Origin: Candidatus Obscuribacter phosphatis | Lineage (GTDB): Bacteria; Cyanobacteriota; Vampirovibrionia; Obscuribacterales; Obscuribacteraceae | Assembly: GCA_001899315.1 (NCBI GenBank) | Contig: MOYA01000004.1 | Coordinates: 54,477 to 118,476 of the forward strand | Direction of reading: 5' to 3' | DNA: 64,000 bases | In this document: in pieces, positions 1-8,078 of the stretch | Position numbering within the stretch: position 1 is the stretch's first letter | How the letters are laid out: the number at the start of each line of letters is the position of its first letter | Position numbers and translations under genes: made by a program | The notes under the pieces: model-generated | What the model was told of the DNA's origin: nothing | Seen by the model: the letters and a program-made list of their open reading frames with translations, nothing else | The model's database searches: none

Positions 1-309
1 ACTCGCAGCTATACCGAAAGCCAGCCCTGCCATCTCGGCGATGGCGCAACATATGGCCGGGCTGAGCTATTGACTAAATCTACTTAGAGCTTGTTAAGAA
101 GGATTGCAATAGCCGTCTACTCTAGGTAGGGTCACAAATCATCATCGCTATTCAAGCTCCTCTTACTGTTTTTCAGCCTAAGACCAAAAAGAAAAAAACA
201 CCGCGGCATTGCGCTTATTTGTAGGGTTTCTGTGACCTCTCGAATGCACATGGCCGTCTTGAATAGCCAAAGAAAAACTCGTCTGAAGAATAAACTTGAA
301 GGAAACGCC

Positions 310-822
310 ATGTTTGCATCTAAGTACCTAAGCAGACTTGCAAGCCTGCTCTATTTCAATTTCGGAAGCGCCCGGCGGCAGGAAACACAAGCCGAGCCCT
401 CAGATGTCGCGAACCGCTTTGCCTCTTTGACCGGCGGTGAGCAGACAATTGTGCGCGAATATTTTGCAGCCAGTGCAGAGTTGCTCAGTCTTCTGAACAG
501 CATCAGCAAACGTCGCCGCGCCGTCGACCCTCAGCAAGTGCTTTCTCGCTATGAGATTTGCGAAAAGGCTTATATCGCCGCCGGTTTTGTCCCTTTCATG
601 CCCGGCGCAATCAATGCCGTCGGTCTCTGCTCGATGGAAGCGGACATGCTGGACAAATCCAGATTGATCCAACGGCATCAAGGGCAGAACATCGCTATCA
701 GCCACCTGGCACCGGTGCTGAAGCGTCGCGTGCTCAGACAACTGGTGGAAGAGCAGGTGCATGTGCTCGACAGCTCGCAGGGCGACAGGTTCGGCAGCTT
801 CGACAGGTTCGGCAAATACTAA
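310..822 (+). CDS. hypothetical protein
   Basis: ORF 232..822 trimmed to ATG 310, which follows a GAAGGAAA SD-like sequence. A hairpin plus T-run terminator lies just downstream. No family motif recognised. Confidence 0.5.
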   Translation: MFASKYLSRLASLLYFNFGSARRQETQAEPSDVANRFASLTGGEQTIVREYFAASAELLSLLNSISKRRRAVDPQQVLSRYEICEKAYIAAGFVPFMPGAINAVGLCSMEADMLDKSRLIQRHQGQNIAISHLAPVLKRRVLRQLVEEQVHVLDSSQGDRFGSFDRFGKY

Positions 823-852
823 CGAACTCGGCTCAATTCGTCGTCAGAACCA

Positions 853-890
853 GAACCGGCATGGAAGAAATCTCCATGCCGGTTCTTTCT
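853..890 (+). terminator. rho-independent terminator
   Basis: 13-bp stem GAACCGGCATGGA / TCCATGCCGGTTC followed by TTTCT, about 30 nt after the stop at 822. Confidence 0.7.
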
Positions 891-1025
891 CTGCTGACTG
901 ACTCTTTTGCAGCCTCGTAGCGCAGAGAGCCTGCCGGACTGCTATCGACAAGCCTTAGCCTAAAGAAACACATATCAAGAATAAAAAAATTCGCCAGTTT
1001 TACTACTTTGTATAGTGTTGCCGGC

Positions 1026-1092
1026 AAAAAAAAACAACAAAAGTAAGTGGAGAAGGGGATTGTACGCCTTGCGGTCTATACAATCCCCTCTC
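1026..1092 (-). terminator. rho-independent terminator (minus strand)
   Basis: Read on the minus strand: stem GGAGAGGGGATTGTA / TACAATCCCCTTCTCC, then a T-rich run (A-run 1026-1034 on plus). It lies directly after the stop of the thioredoxin-like gene. Confidence 0.65.
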
Positions 1093-1137
1093 CGAACAGA
1101 GACCTGTTATCAAAAGATGCCGTAGATACCGGTCGGC

Positions 1138-1701
1138 TTAGCCGAGCAGATACGGATGAGCCGAATCGACAGCGGAAGCGCCCTTGGCACTTTCGGCCGC
1201 CAGTTCCTTGAGCATCTCGCCCACCTGGTCGGCGGTCATTGCACCGACATGAACCAGCTGGGTCCCGGTGACGGGATTGATGAAAAGGGTGGTCGGGATC
1301 TTGTCGATCTTCGCCTTGCGCGGCAGCTTTTCCGACAGGTCGCAATCGACCTGGTAGAAATCTACCTGAGCGCCGAACCTGGCAGCAGCCTGCTCCATGA
1401 GCGGACCCTGGGTTTTGCAACCCGGGCACCAGGTGGTGAAGAACTTGACCACGATGGGCTTCGTGCCCTGAGAAAGCTTCACGGGATCGAAGTTTTCGTC
1501 GTCCAGGTCGGTGAGAGCAACACGGCTGGCGGTCTGGTTGGGAAACTCTTCTCCGACGGTTTCGTCGAAGTCGTCGTTATCCACCCAGGCAGCCTTTGAA
1601 CTGTCGTTCTTAGCAGCCTGGCGTTCCTTGCGCCATCCGAAGTATGCAATCACAATACCGAGGACAATCGAAACCGCGATGAGAGTTTCGAATGTAGACA
1701 T
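1138..1701 (-). CDS. membrane-anchored thioredoxin-domain protein
   Basis: ORF 1138..1749 trimmed to ATG 1701 (AAGGAG upstream). N-terminal TM helix LIAVSIVLGIVIAYFGW, then a thioredoxin fold with VVKFFTTWCPGCK (CxxC active site). Confidence 0.85.
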   Translation of the reverse strand: MSTFETLIAVSIVLGIVIAYFGWRKERQAAKNDSSKAAWVDNDDFDETVGEEFPNQTASRVALTDLDDENFDPVKLSQGTKPIVVKFFTTWCPGCKTQGPLMEQAAARFGAQVDFYQVDCDLSEKLPRKAKIDKIPTTLFINPVTGTQLVHVGAMTADQVGEMLKELAAESAKGASAVDSAHPYLLG

Positions 1702-2157
1702 AGTGTCTCCTTCTTTCAGAGGAGTTGAGAGGTTTAGGAAGCCGTGCACTGAGCTCGACGCCGGATGGCAGAGCCGTCATGTCAAACCCTTCTCGCCCCA
1801 GACATAAACCCGTATTCATAACTGAAGCTTGGCGCAACAGAAAATGAGTACGTCTGGATGAACTGTCGAGAAATTAGAGGGTCTTTGGTGCTTCCATCAA
1901 AAGAAAAGGTTATTGGGTTTACGGGCGCAGCTTAGTTACAAAGAGGGTCATAGATCAAGGCTTAGGTCATGAGCTTTATATCTATTAAGTCAATAAAAGC
2001 CATAGGTTGGCACTAACAATCCGGCCAGCTAGCACACCCTGACAACCGAAGTGTGTTAAGCCTTCTCAACGAACCAGCGGCAACAACCTTTCCCTCTTTC
2101 TCGGCCGTGCTATACTTTCAAATCCTTAGTGGAAGAGCTGAACAGCTTTTCTGTTTT

Positions 2158-2234
2158 GGGATCGTAGCTCAGTTGGTTAGAGCGCCTGCCTGTCACGTAG
2201 GAGGTCGCGGGTTCGAGTCCCGTCGGTCCCGCCA
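2158..2234 (+). tRNA. tRNA-Asp (GTC)
   Basis: 77-nt cloverleaf folded by hand. Acceptor GGGATCG/CGGTCCC, D-arm GCTC..GAGC, anticodon stem CCTGC/GTAGG with loop CTGTCAC (anticodon GTC), T-arm GCGGG TTCGAGT CCCGT. CCA is encoded. Confidence 0.95.
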
Positions 2235-2303
2235 TTTATTTAGACGAAATGATATTTTTGAGTGTTTAGCTGTTTTTGAGTAACAATAGCTAATGTAACT
2301 CTA

Positions 2304-4022
2304 TTGGTATTTCGGTCTATCGGTAATTCGGTTTTGTCCAGTTTCAGCGAACTACTAAGCCCGGTTCATTCCCCCGAGAAAAAGAAGATTCTCGAGGCCA
2401 TTGCAAAGCGCGGTCCGCGCCTAGTGCCAATTGATGTGGCCGCCGAAACCGGCTTGGCATTGCCTTTAGTAATAAGCGAATTAAACAATATCGCCGCCGA
2501 AACCAGCGCCCATCTGGAAGTCACCGAATCGGGCAATATCTCTTACATTTTCCAGAACAATCTTGACCAGGCCTACCTGGCAAACGCATCCCGTCAGGTT
2601 TTTCTACAGGCCTGGCGAGTCTTTGCCAATGCTTCCATGATTGTGCTGCGCTTTCTTTGCGCCGCTCTATTCTTTCTTATCCGCATATCTTTCGGGATCA
2701 TGCTGATAGTAGCCGCAGTGGCGGTGGTCGTCCTGATTGTTGTCGCCATCATCGGTGGTCTAAAAGCCCTTTCAGGCAATCAAGACTCAGACGGTCCAGA
2801 CTTTGACTTTGATTTCGGCAACCTTTTCGACTTCGGCTGGCACGGCGGCTATTACCACCGCCCATTTTATCTTTACTGGTTATTTGATTGGCTCTGGGAC
2901 TGGTTCTTCTTCTGGCGTTATGTCATTCCCTCACCGGCTGGCAGTTACGGCAGAAACATTCCCAACGAAGAAGAACAAAAGAAAAAGGGAAATTTCCTCA
3001 ACAATGTCTTTTCCTACTTGTTTGGAGACGGCAATCCTAATACCAATTTCGAAGAAACCAAATGGCAGACTGTAGCCCGGATCATTGAGCTCAACCATGG
3101 AGTTGTTACTGCCGATCAGCTGGCACCCTATATCGGTGAAGACCCAAAGAATGAAGACTGGATGATCCCAATCTTGCAACGCTATAACGGCTCTCCTGAG
3201 GTATCAGAGAGCGGTCATATCATCTATGTATTCAGAGCTTTTCAAAATCAGTCAGGTGGACACAGCATTCCGATGGGATCGCTCGATGCTGCTCGAAGCC
3301 AAACCAGACCGATTGACGAACTAGCTGGACTTTACCAAAGCCACATCAAGAGACAGTCTGCCACCAAGAAAAGTGAGACTCAACTCAGATTTATTGACAA
3401 AACTCTACAAGAAGAGGAGTGGCAGTTTCTCACCATCGACGGTGGCGCCCTCACTTCAATAGTTCTCTTTGCTGCTTTTGTTTCGATTGGCAGCCTGGCG
3501 CTGTTGTTCAATGCAGCAGCCATTCCGATATTAGCGACCCTTAAGCCTTTGCTGTTTTTGCTTGCCGGCTATGGCGGCATGTTCTTTTTCATACCGGCGG
3601 TGCGCTACGCCATTTATAAAGGCATAAACGAAGGCATCGAAAAGAGAAACAGCGCCAAGCAGGCCTACGCCACCGCGCTCTCGAGACCGAGCGAAGATCT
3701 GGCCAAAAAGCTAGACGAAGCAGCTTCAATTAGAATCAGCGGCATTCCTCAAAAGCCCGACCGCACAGTCTACAGCACCGAACGCAATGCCCAAGAGCAA
3801 TACATCGAAGAACAGCTAGAGCTGGGACTAGCAAGCAAAAACCCTGAAAAATCTAGCATAGACGGAAAGCCTAATGCAGCTGATGCAGCTCATGCAGCCG
3901 ATGCAGCTAAAGACGATGGGCACGATAATGCTGATGCCCAAGAGAATGATAAAGACCCAGGACAAATACTAAAGTTCGAGCGCAAACTAAAAATCGAAGA
4001 GCCCGAAGACTTCTCACCATAG
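2304..4022 (+). CDS. multi-pass membrane protein, unknown function
   Basis: 572-aa ORF; TTG start is uncertain. Contains hydrophobic/aromatic TM blocks. Two soluble modules both end in EV(T/S)ESG(N/H)I(S/I)Y(I/V)F. C-terminus is Ala/Asp-rich. No family assigned. Confidence 0.6.
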   Translation: MVFRSIGNSVLSSFSELLSPVHSPEKKKILEAIAKRGPRLVPIDVAAETGLALPLVISELNNIAAETSAHLEVTESGNISYIFQNNLDQAYLANASRQVFLQAWRVFANASMIVLRFLCAALFFLIRISFGIMLIVAAVAVVVLIVVAIIGGLKALSGNQDSDGPDFDFDFGNLFDFGWHGGYYHRPFYLYWLFDWLWDWFFFWRYVIPSPAGSYGRNIPNEEEQKKKGNFLNNVFSYLFGDGNPNTNFEETKWQTVARIIELNHGVVTADQLAPYIGEDPKNEDWMIPILQRYNGSPEVSESGHIIYVFRAFQNQSGGHSIPMGSLDAARSQTRPIDELAGLYQSHIKRQSATKKSETQLRFIDKTLQEEEWQFLTIDGGALTSIVLFAAFVSIGSLALLFNAAAIPILATLKPLLFLLAGYGGMFFFIPAVRYAIYKGINEGIEKRNSAKQAYATALSRPSEDLAKKLDEAASIRISGIPQKPDRTVYSTERNAQEQYIEEQLELGLASKNPEKSSIDGKPNAADAAHAADAAKDDGHDNADAQENDKDPGQILKFERKLKIEEPEDFSP

Positions 4023-4477
4023 CCGCCCCAAGCCCAGAACCCCTGCCTTGAAGCTCGAAGTTAGAGCCTGGTTTTAGACTCTCGCGCTAGCCTGGCCAAG
4101 GCAACTGAACTATCAGTAGCTATTTTGAGACTTTCTCGACGCCTTTATGAGTGCGATTAAACGCTGACAGAGCTTCTATTACAGGCGTTTTATTGCTTGC
4201 TTGAGGCGATTTCTCTAGGGTGAAATCTAATACTCTAACTCCTCCAACACCAAGACCAGAAAAAAAGACTCTTCCCCAAGATCTACCGACAGCTTCAGAT
4301 ATAGTCGCGCTCTAGCTCGGCCTGCTTGTCGACACGCGCTTCTGTAGCCCTGTCTGTCGCTCGGACAGTTCTCAACCTGCAATGTGACCTGGTTTTCACG
4401 CTCATCATCATTTCTGCTTCGTCTTAGAAAAGCCGAAATGTGTTGCCTATTTCGAAACTTTCCATCTGGAGACAGAT

Positions 4478-5215
4478 ATGGCTGAACAAACGACTTCCCG
4501 TCGGCAACTGACCGGTACGCTCTTTCTCATCGGCGGAAGAGCCAACATGACGCTCAAGCGCTTTGTCGAATTAGCTGGAGGCAAAGCCGCTTCCATCGTC
4601 ATCATCCCGCATGCCAGCGGAGTTGCCGAAGAGACCTGCGCCGATCTGCACAAAGCTTTCGACGAGCTTGGAGCCGGTCTGGTTACAAGCATCATGCCGC
4701 CTGCCGAAGGCGACACAATCCCTCAACGGCTCCCAGCCGGCACCAATGCGGTCTACATCACCGGCGGCGATCAGAAGCGCCTGATCGAACTGGTGTCTCC
4801 CGAACTGCTGTCAGACATAATCGCCGTTCTGGACAATGGCGGTGTCGTGGCTGGTACCAGTGCCGGTACTGCGGCCGCAGCCGAAACCATGATCGCCAGA
4901 GGCATGGATAGCGGCATCATCGATGTGGAAGCGCTGGAGCTCTCCCCCGGCTTCTCCCTGGCTCCCGGCTTCGTCTTCGATACCCATGTCGGAGAACGAG
5001 ACAGGCAGAATCGCCTGACAGTAGCCATTCACAGGCTGCCCAGCTTCTTCGGCATCGGGCTCGACGAAGACACCGCAGTCGAGCTGACGGCTTCCGGTGC
5101 TGTGGTTTCCGGCAAAGGCTTGGCGCGGTTCTATCGACTCCCCAAAGGCTCGAAGAATCTGCTCGAGAATGTCCAACTGACGGAACTCGCAGACGGTCAA
5201 ACCTGGACCATCTAA
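4478..5215 (+). CDS. peptidase S51 family (cyanophycinase / peptidase E-like)
   Basis: GGAGA before the ATG. Motifs LFLIGGR, ITGGDQKRL, AGTSAGTAA (nucleophile Ser context) and FDTHVGERDRQNRL match the S51 cyanophycinase pattern. Confidence 0.75.
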   Translation: MAEQTTSRRQLTGTLFLIGGRANMTLKRFVELAGGKAASIVIIPHASGVAEETCADLHKAFDELGAGLVTSIMPPAEGDTIPQRLPAGTNAVYITGGDQKRLIELVSPELLSDIIAVLDNGGVVAGTSAGTAAAAETMIARGMDSGIIDVEALELSPGFSLAPGFVFDTHVGERDRQNRLTVAIHRLPSFFGIGLDEDTAVELTASGAVVSGKGLARFYRLPKGSKNLLENVQLTELADGQTWTI

Positions 5216-5253
5216 ACAAGCTGGTTCTCTATCCGTTGAGCCGACAGCCCGAA

Positions 5254-5294
5254 AACCTAGGAATTCCCGAAAGGGTTTCTCCTAGGTTTTTTTT
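5254..5294 (+). terminator. rho-independent terminator
   Basis: Stem AACCTAGGA / TCCTAGGTT with inner CCC-GAAA-GGG, followed by T8. Confidence 0.75.
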
Positions 5295-5305
5295 GGGTGA
5301 GTTTA

Positions 5306-5320
5306 TTATTGCCTATAGTA
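5306..5320 (+). promoter_or_regulatory. recurrent 15-mer TTATTGCCTATAGTA (possible -10-containing promoter element)
   Basis: 14/15 identical to 10122-10136 and similar to 12447-12461. Contains TATAGT. Followed by ATACGGGAACAAAAGGGG, which is also shared with the 10.1-kb copy. Confidence 0.3.
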
Positions 5321-5473
5321 TTGCGATACGGGAACAAAAGGGGCTTGAAAGATTGACGACTCTCGAAGAGTAAGATTTTCGCGGACAAATCTTACAAGGT
5401 CCACAAACCCAATCAGAACAAGAGAACAAGAAAAATTTCCAACTTGCCAAGAGGATAAATTTAATCCAGCCTT

Positions 5474-6373
5474 TTGAACTTTTTGGCTTCAAAACACGTC
5501 TTTAACTACAGCGCCAAAAGCTGCCCAAACGCCCTTGCTAAAGGTTCCAAAGTAGGGAGAAAACTTCTCGTGGAAAATGACAGTAACAATTTTTCTCTAG
5601 AGTCGACTGCAAAAGATAAAGAGAGATTCAAAAACTCCAAACGCAGAACTTACGGTTCTCTGGATTTCGTCAAGCGATTCATATCGAACCTGAGTATGGA
5701 AACGATGTTCACAACAAGAGAGCTGCTGCCTCTGGTTCAGTATCGAAGTGTTTTAGACACATTCTTGTCTCGTGCCGTTAAGTCTGGTTACCTGGAAAGA
5801 CTAGCTCGTGGAGTTTTCAGAGTCAGCACTCGCATTACTAGATTTGTTACCGACGAGGAGATAGTGGCAGTGAAGCGCAAGTCGTTTAACAATCTCGTTC
5901 TGACGACAGAGAAGTCGCGCACAGAGCTAAAGATAGTCACTACAAGGAAACCAAAACCTGATGTGCCTTGCGTAATGCGTCAACCTGAGTTCCAAACACT
6001 AGGCACACAAACCAGTTTGCAGACAAACTTGGTCAATTTACTTGATACCGTAAACGGAGCCAAATACGTCCAGTGCTCAAGCAAGATCTTATTGCGACCA
6101 ATCGGCAACAGGAAGGCCGCGCTTGGAGAAACCAGAGTAGGACGAATTCTTAGAGAAATTTGGGACAAAGGAAAGGGCAAAACCACTAAAGAGGAGATAC
6201 AAGAAATCTGCGGTCGCTTGAGGAGAGAAGAAAGAATCGAACTAGTAAAGCTGCGAAAATTCATACCGCAATGGCTGAGTGAAATGCTTCCAAAAGCACC
6301 AGCAGCAGCTCTGTATAGAATCCTCGAAGAGACTCATAAGAAAAAGAGCAGATCACGAAGATTCAGCCTATAG
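5474..6373 (+). CDS. basic hypothetical protein with AbiEi-like winged-helix segment
   Basis: 299-aa ORF; TTG start is uncertain. FTTRELLPLV..LDTFLSRAVKSGYLERLARGVFRV resembles the L-x-R-L-x-x-x-G-x-L-x-R-(L/V)-x-R-G-V-(Y/F) motif of AbiEi-type antitoxin N-termini. Lys/Arg-rich C-terminus. Confidence 0.5.
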   Translation: MNFLASKHVFNYSAKSCPNALAKGSKVGRKLLVENDSNNFSLESTAKDKERFKNSKRRTYGSLDFVKRFISNLSMETMFTTRELLPLVQYRSVLDTFLSRAVKSGYLERLARGVFRVSTRITRFVTDEEIVAVKRKSFNNLVLTTEKSRTELKIVTTRKPKPDVPCVMRQPEFQTLGTQTSLQTNLVNLLDTVNGAKYVQCSSKILLRPIGNRKAALGETRVGRILREIWDKGKGKTTKEEIQEICGRLRREERIELVKLRKFIPQWLSEMLPKAPAAALYRILEETHKKKSRSRRFSL

Positions 6374-6693
6374 TGCACTTCTAGATTAATCACAGAAGCA
6401 AGTCGTTGAAACCCGACAAGACATCTGACCGGACAAGCCTATGTCTATAGGTCATCTGCCTTATTTGGCAGAAATGCAGACCTTCACTAAGAAGGAAAAA
6501 ATCGGTAATTGATAGGATAGCTGAAGCGTCGCAACTGCTGCAGAATGAAGGTGTTGGCGTGGTTAGCCAGGGAGAACGATGCCACGACACGATGAAAGGA
6601 CAATCAGAGTAAATTCCAGGAGGGAAAAACCTTTTGCACAGAAGGATGACTCTCAGAAAGCACAATCCTTCTAGATTAGTCCCCGCGAACCAC

Positions 6694-6724
6694 AAAAAGA
6701 GGCTGCTTTCGCAGCCTCTTTTTG
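6694..6724. terminator. bidirectional hairpin terminator
   Basis: Perfect 10-bp stem AAGAGGCTGC / GCAGCCTCTT with loop TTTC, an A-run before and a T-run after. Confidence 0.7.
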
Positions 6725-6851
6725 TTATCTAGGCAAGTGCCCAAGCTCAGAGCCGCTTAATTTTATAGACCCGATTAACGATAAATACCTATCATTTACT
6801 CGCGAAGCTAGCGCAGGTTCAAAAATTCGATTCAAGCGCTGATTACAAAAT

Positions 6852-6870
6852 GAAAATCGTTATCATTCTG
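6852..6870. promoter_or_regulatory. Fur/Zur-box-like AT-rich site
   Basis: GAAAATCGTTATCATTCTG matches 13 of 19 positions of the classical Fur box GATAATGATAATCATTATC (aligned by eye). It lies about 270 nt upstream of the ZIP/COG0523 genes. Confidence 0.3.
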
Positions 6871-7142
6871 ATTATTTCAGAACTCCGAGCCAATTCAAAC
6901 CAGCCCAATATACACCCCGTTAATAAAAGACAAGCGTCAGCTGCTGCGAACTTTAAGTCCCTTCGAGAATTGATTTTCCAGAAGGCTCTCTTCTAAGGTC
7001 AGAAAGTAACTTTCTATCCACTTTCCAAAATCTGAGAAGCATCTAAGCACCACCTAGGCATCACCAATTGATACGTCGCTATGCCGACTAAGCCGCAAAA
7101 AATAGCTGCCAAATTTGCGCCTATCTTCCGCTTGCCAGATCG

Positions 7143-8069
7143 ATGGATTACCAAAAAACAAAGGAAGCTATGATGGAAAACCTCATCTACGCTCTTTCGG
7201 CCGCCCTCATCATAAGTACTGTCTCTTTTGTCGGCTTGAGTACTCTTGCTCTGAGCCAGAGTCGTCTGACAAAGTTGTTACCCTATCTCGTAGCATTGGC
7301 CGCCGGAGCAATGCTCGGAAACGCATTGCTACATATGGTCCCACACTCTCTCGAGCGAAGCTTGAATCACTCGGTACCATCTGTGATCAGCACCCCTCAC
7401 AAACACGAGCACGACCAAGCTAACAGACACGAGCACGACCAAGCTCACAAACACGAGCACGACCAAGCTCACGAACACGAGCACGACCAAGCTCACAAAC
7501 ACGAGCATAAGCATATTCACGGCCACGCCGGTCTCAATGTGATTCTGCTGCTGATTACCGGGTTCTTGTCAATCTTCGCGATTGACCTCGGTCTCATTTC
7601 CAACAGCCAAAAGAGCAACTCAAATCGCTCCTTGGGCTACTTGGTGCTAGTCTCAGACGGACTAGAAAACTTCATGGATGGTATCGTCATTGGCACCACT
7701 TTCATGATCGATCCGGCTCTGGGAGTCGCAACCTCTATCGCTATCTTCCTTCATGAAGTTCCGATGGAACTCGGTGACTTCGCAGTATTGACCAACTCCG
7801 GCTTCACCGCCCGCAAAGCCTTGCTTCTCAACTTCGGCTCGGCTCTGCTCAATGTAGGGGGTGTGCTGCTTGCTTTTGTTGCCGCAAGCTTCACAGATTC
7901 ATTCACGGCCCTCGCCACTCCTCTAGCCGCTGGTGCCTTTCTCTATCTCGCTTCCGCAGGGCTTATCGCCAAGCTGCGCAGCGATGAATTCCAGGCCAAC
8001 AAAGCTGGGCTCTTCGCCATGGTTTTGCTGGGTCTGTTCCTAATGTACCTAATCATGTTCCTCGAATAA
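7143..8069 (+). CDS. ZIP-family divalent metal (zinc) transporter with His-rich loop
   Basis: HEVPMELGDFAVL signature and multiple TM segments. His-rich loop (HEHDQAHK)n. The start could instead be ATG 7170. Confidence 0.85.
   Translation: MDYQKTKEAMMENLIYALSAALIISTVSFVGLSTLALSQSRLTKLLPYLVALAAGAMLGNALLHMVPHSLERSLNHSVPSVISTPHKHEHDQANRHEHDQAHKHEHDQAHEHEHDQAHKHEHKHIHGHAGLNVILLLITGFLSIFAIDLGLISNSQKSNSNRSLGYLVLVSDGLENFMDGIVIGTTFMIDPALGVATSIAIFLHEVPMELGDFAVLTNSGFTARKALLLNFGSALLNVGGVLLAFVAASFTDSFTALATPLAAGAFLYLASAGLIAKLRSDEFQANKAGLFAMVLLGLFLMYLIMFLE
7404..7514 (+). repeat. 24-bp in-frame tandem repeat, about 4.5 copies
   Basis: CACGAGCACGACCAAGCT(A/C)AC(A/G)(A/G)A repeated head to tail. Encodes HEHDQA(N/H)(R/K/E) inside the ZIP loop. 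Confidence 0.9.
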
Positions 8070-8078
8070 GGAGCTACT

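Noticed and set aside
1-73. Open frame from the window edge to TGA at 71-73 (..AISAMAQHMAGLSY*), possibly the 3' end of an upstream gene.
   Set aside because: Only 23 codons are visible; too short to support a call.
2053-2283. 76-aa ORF overlapping the tRNA.
   Set aside because: It is fully explained by the tRNA-Asp gene at 2158-2234.
6540-6640. AGCCAGGGAGAACGATGCC plus AATTCC looked faintly like cobalamin-riboswitch B12-box elements.
   Set aside because: The order of the elements is wrong for the riboswitch. The core GCCACTG and the surrounding helices are absent. No B12-related gene lies downstream before the terminator.
6390-6695. 101-aa minus-strand ORF in the 5474/7143 intergenic region.
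   Set aside because: The start codon lies inside the terminator hairpin, there is no SD, and the peptide is Cys/Phe/Leu/Ser-rich and implausible.
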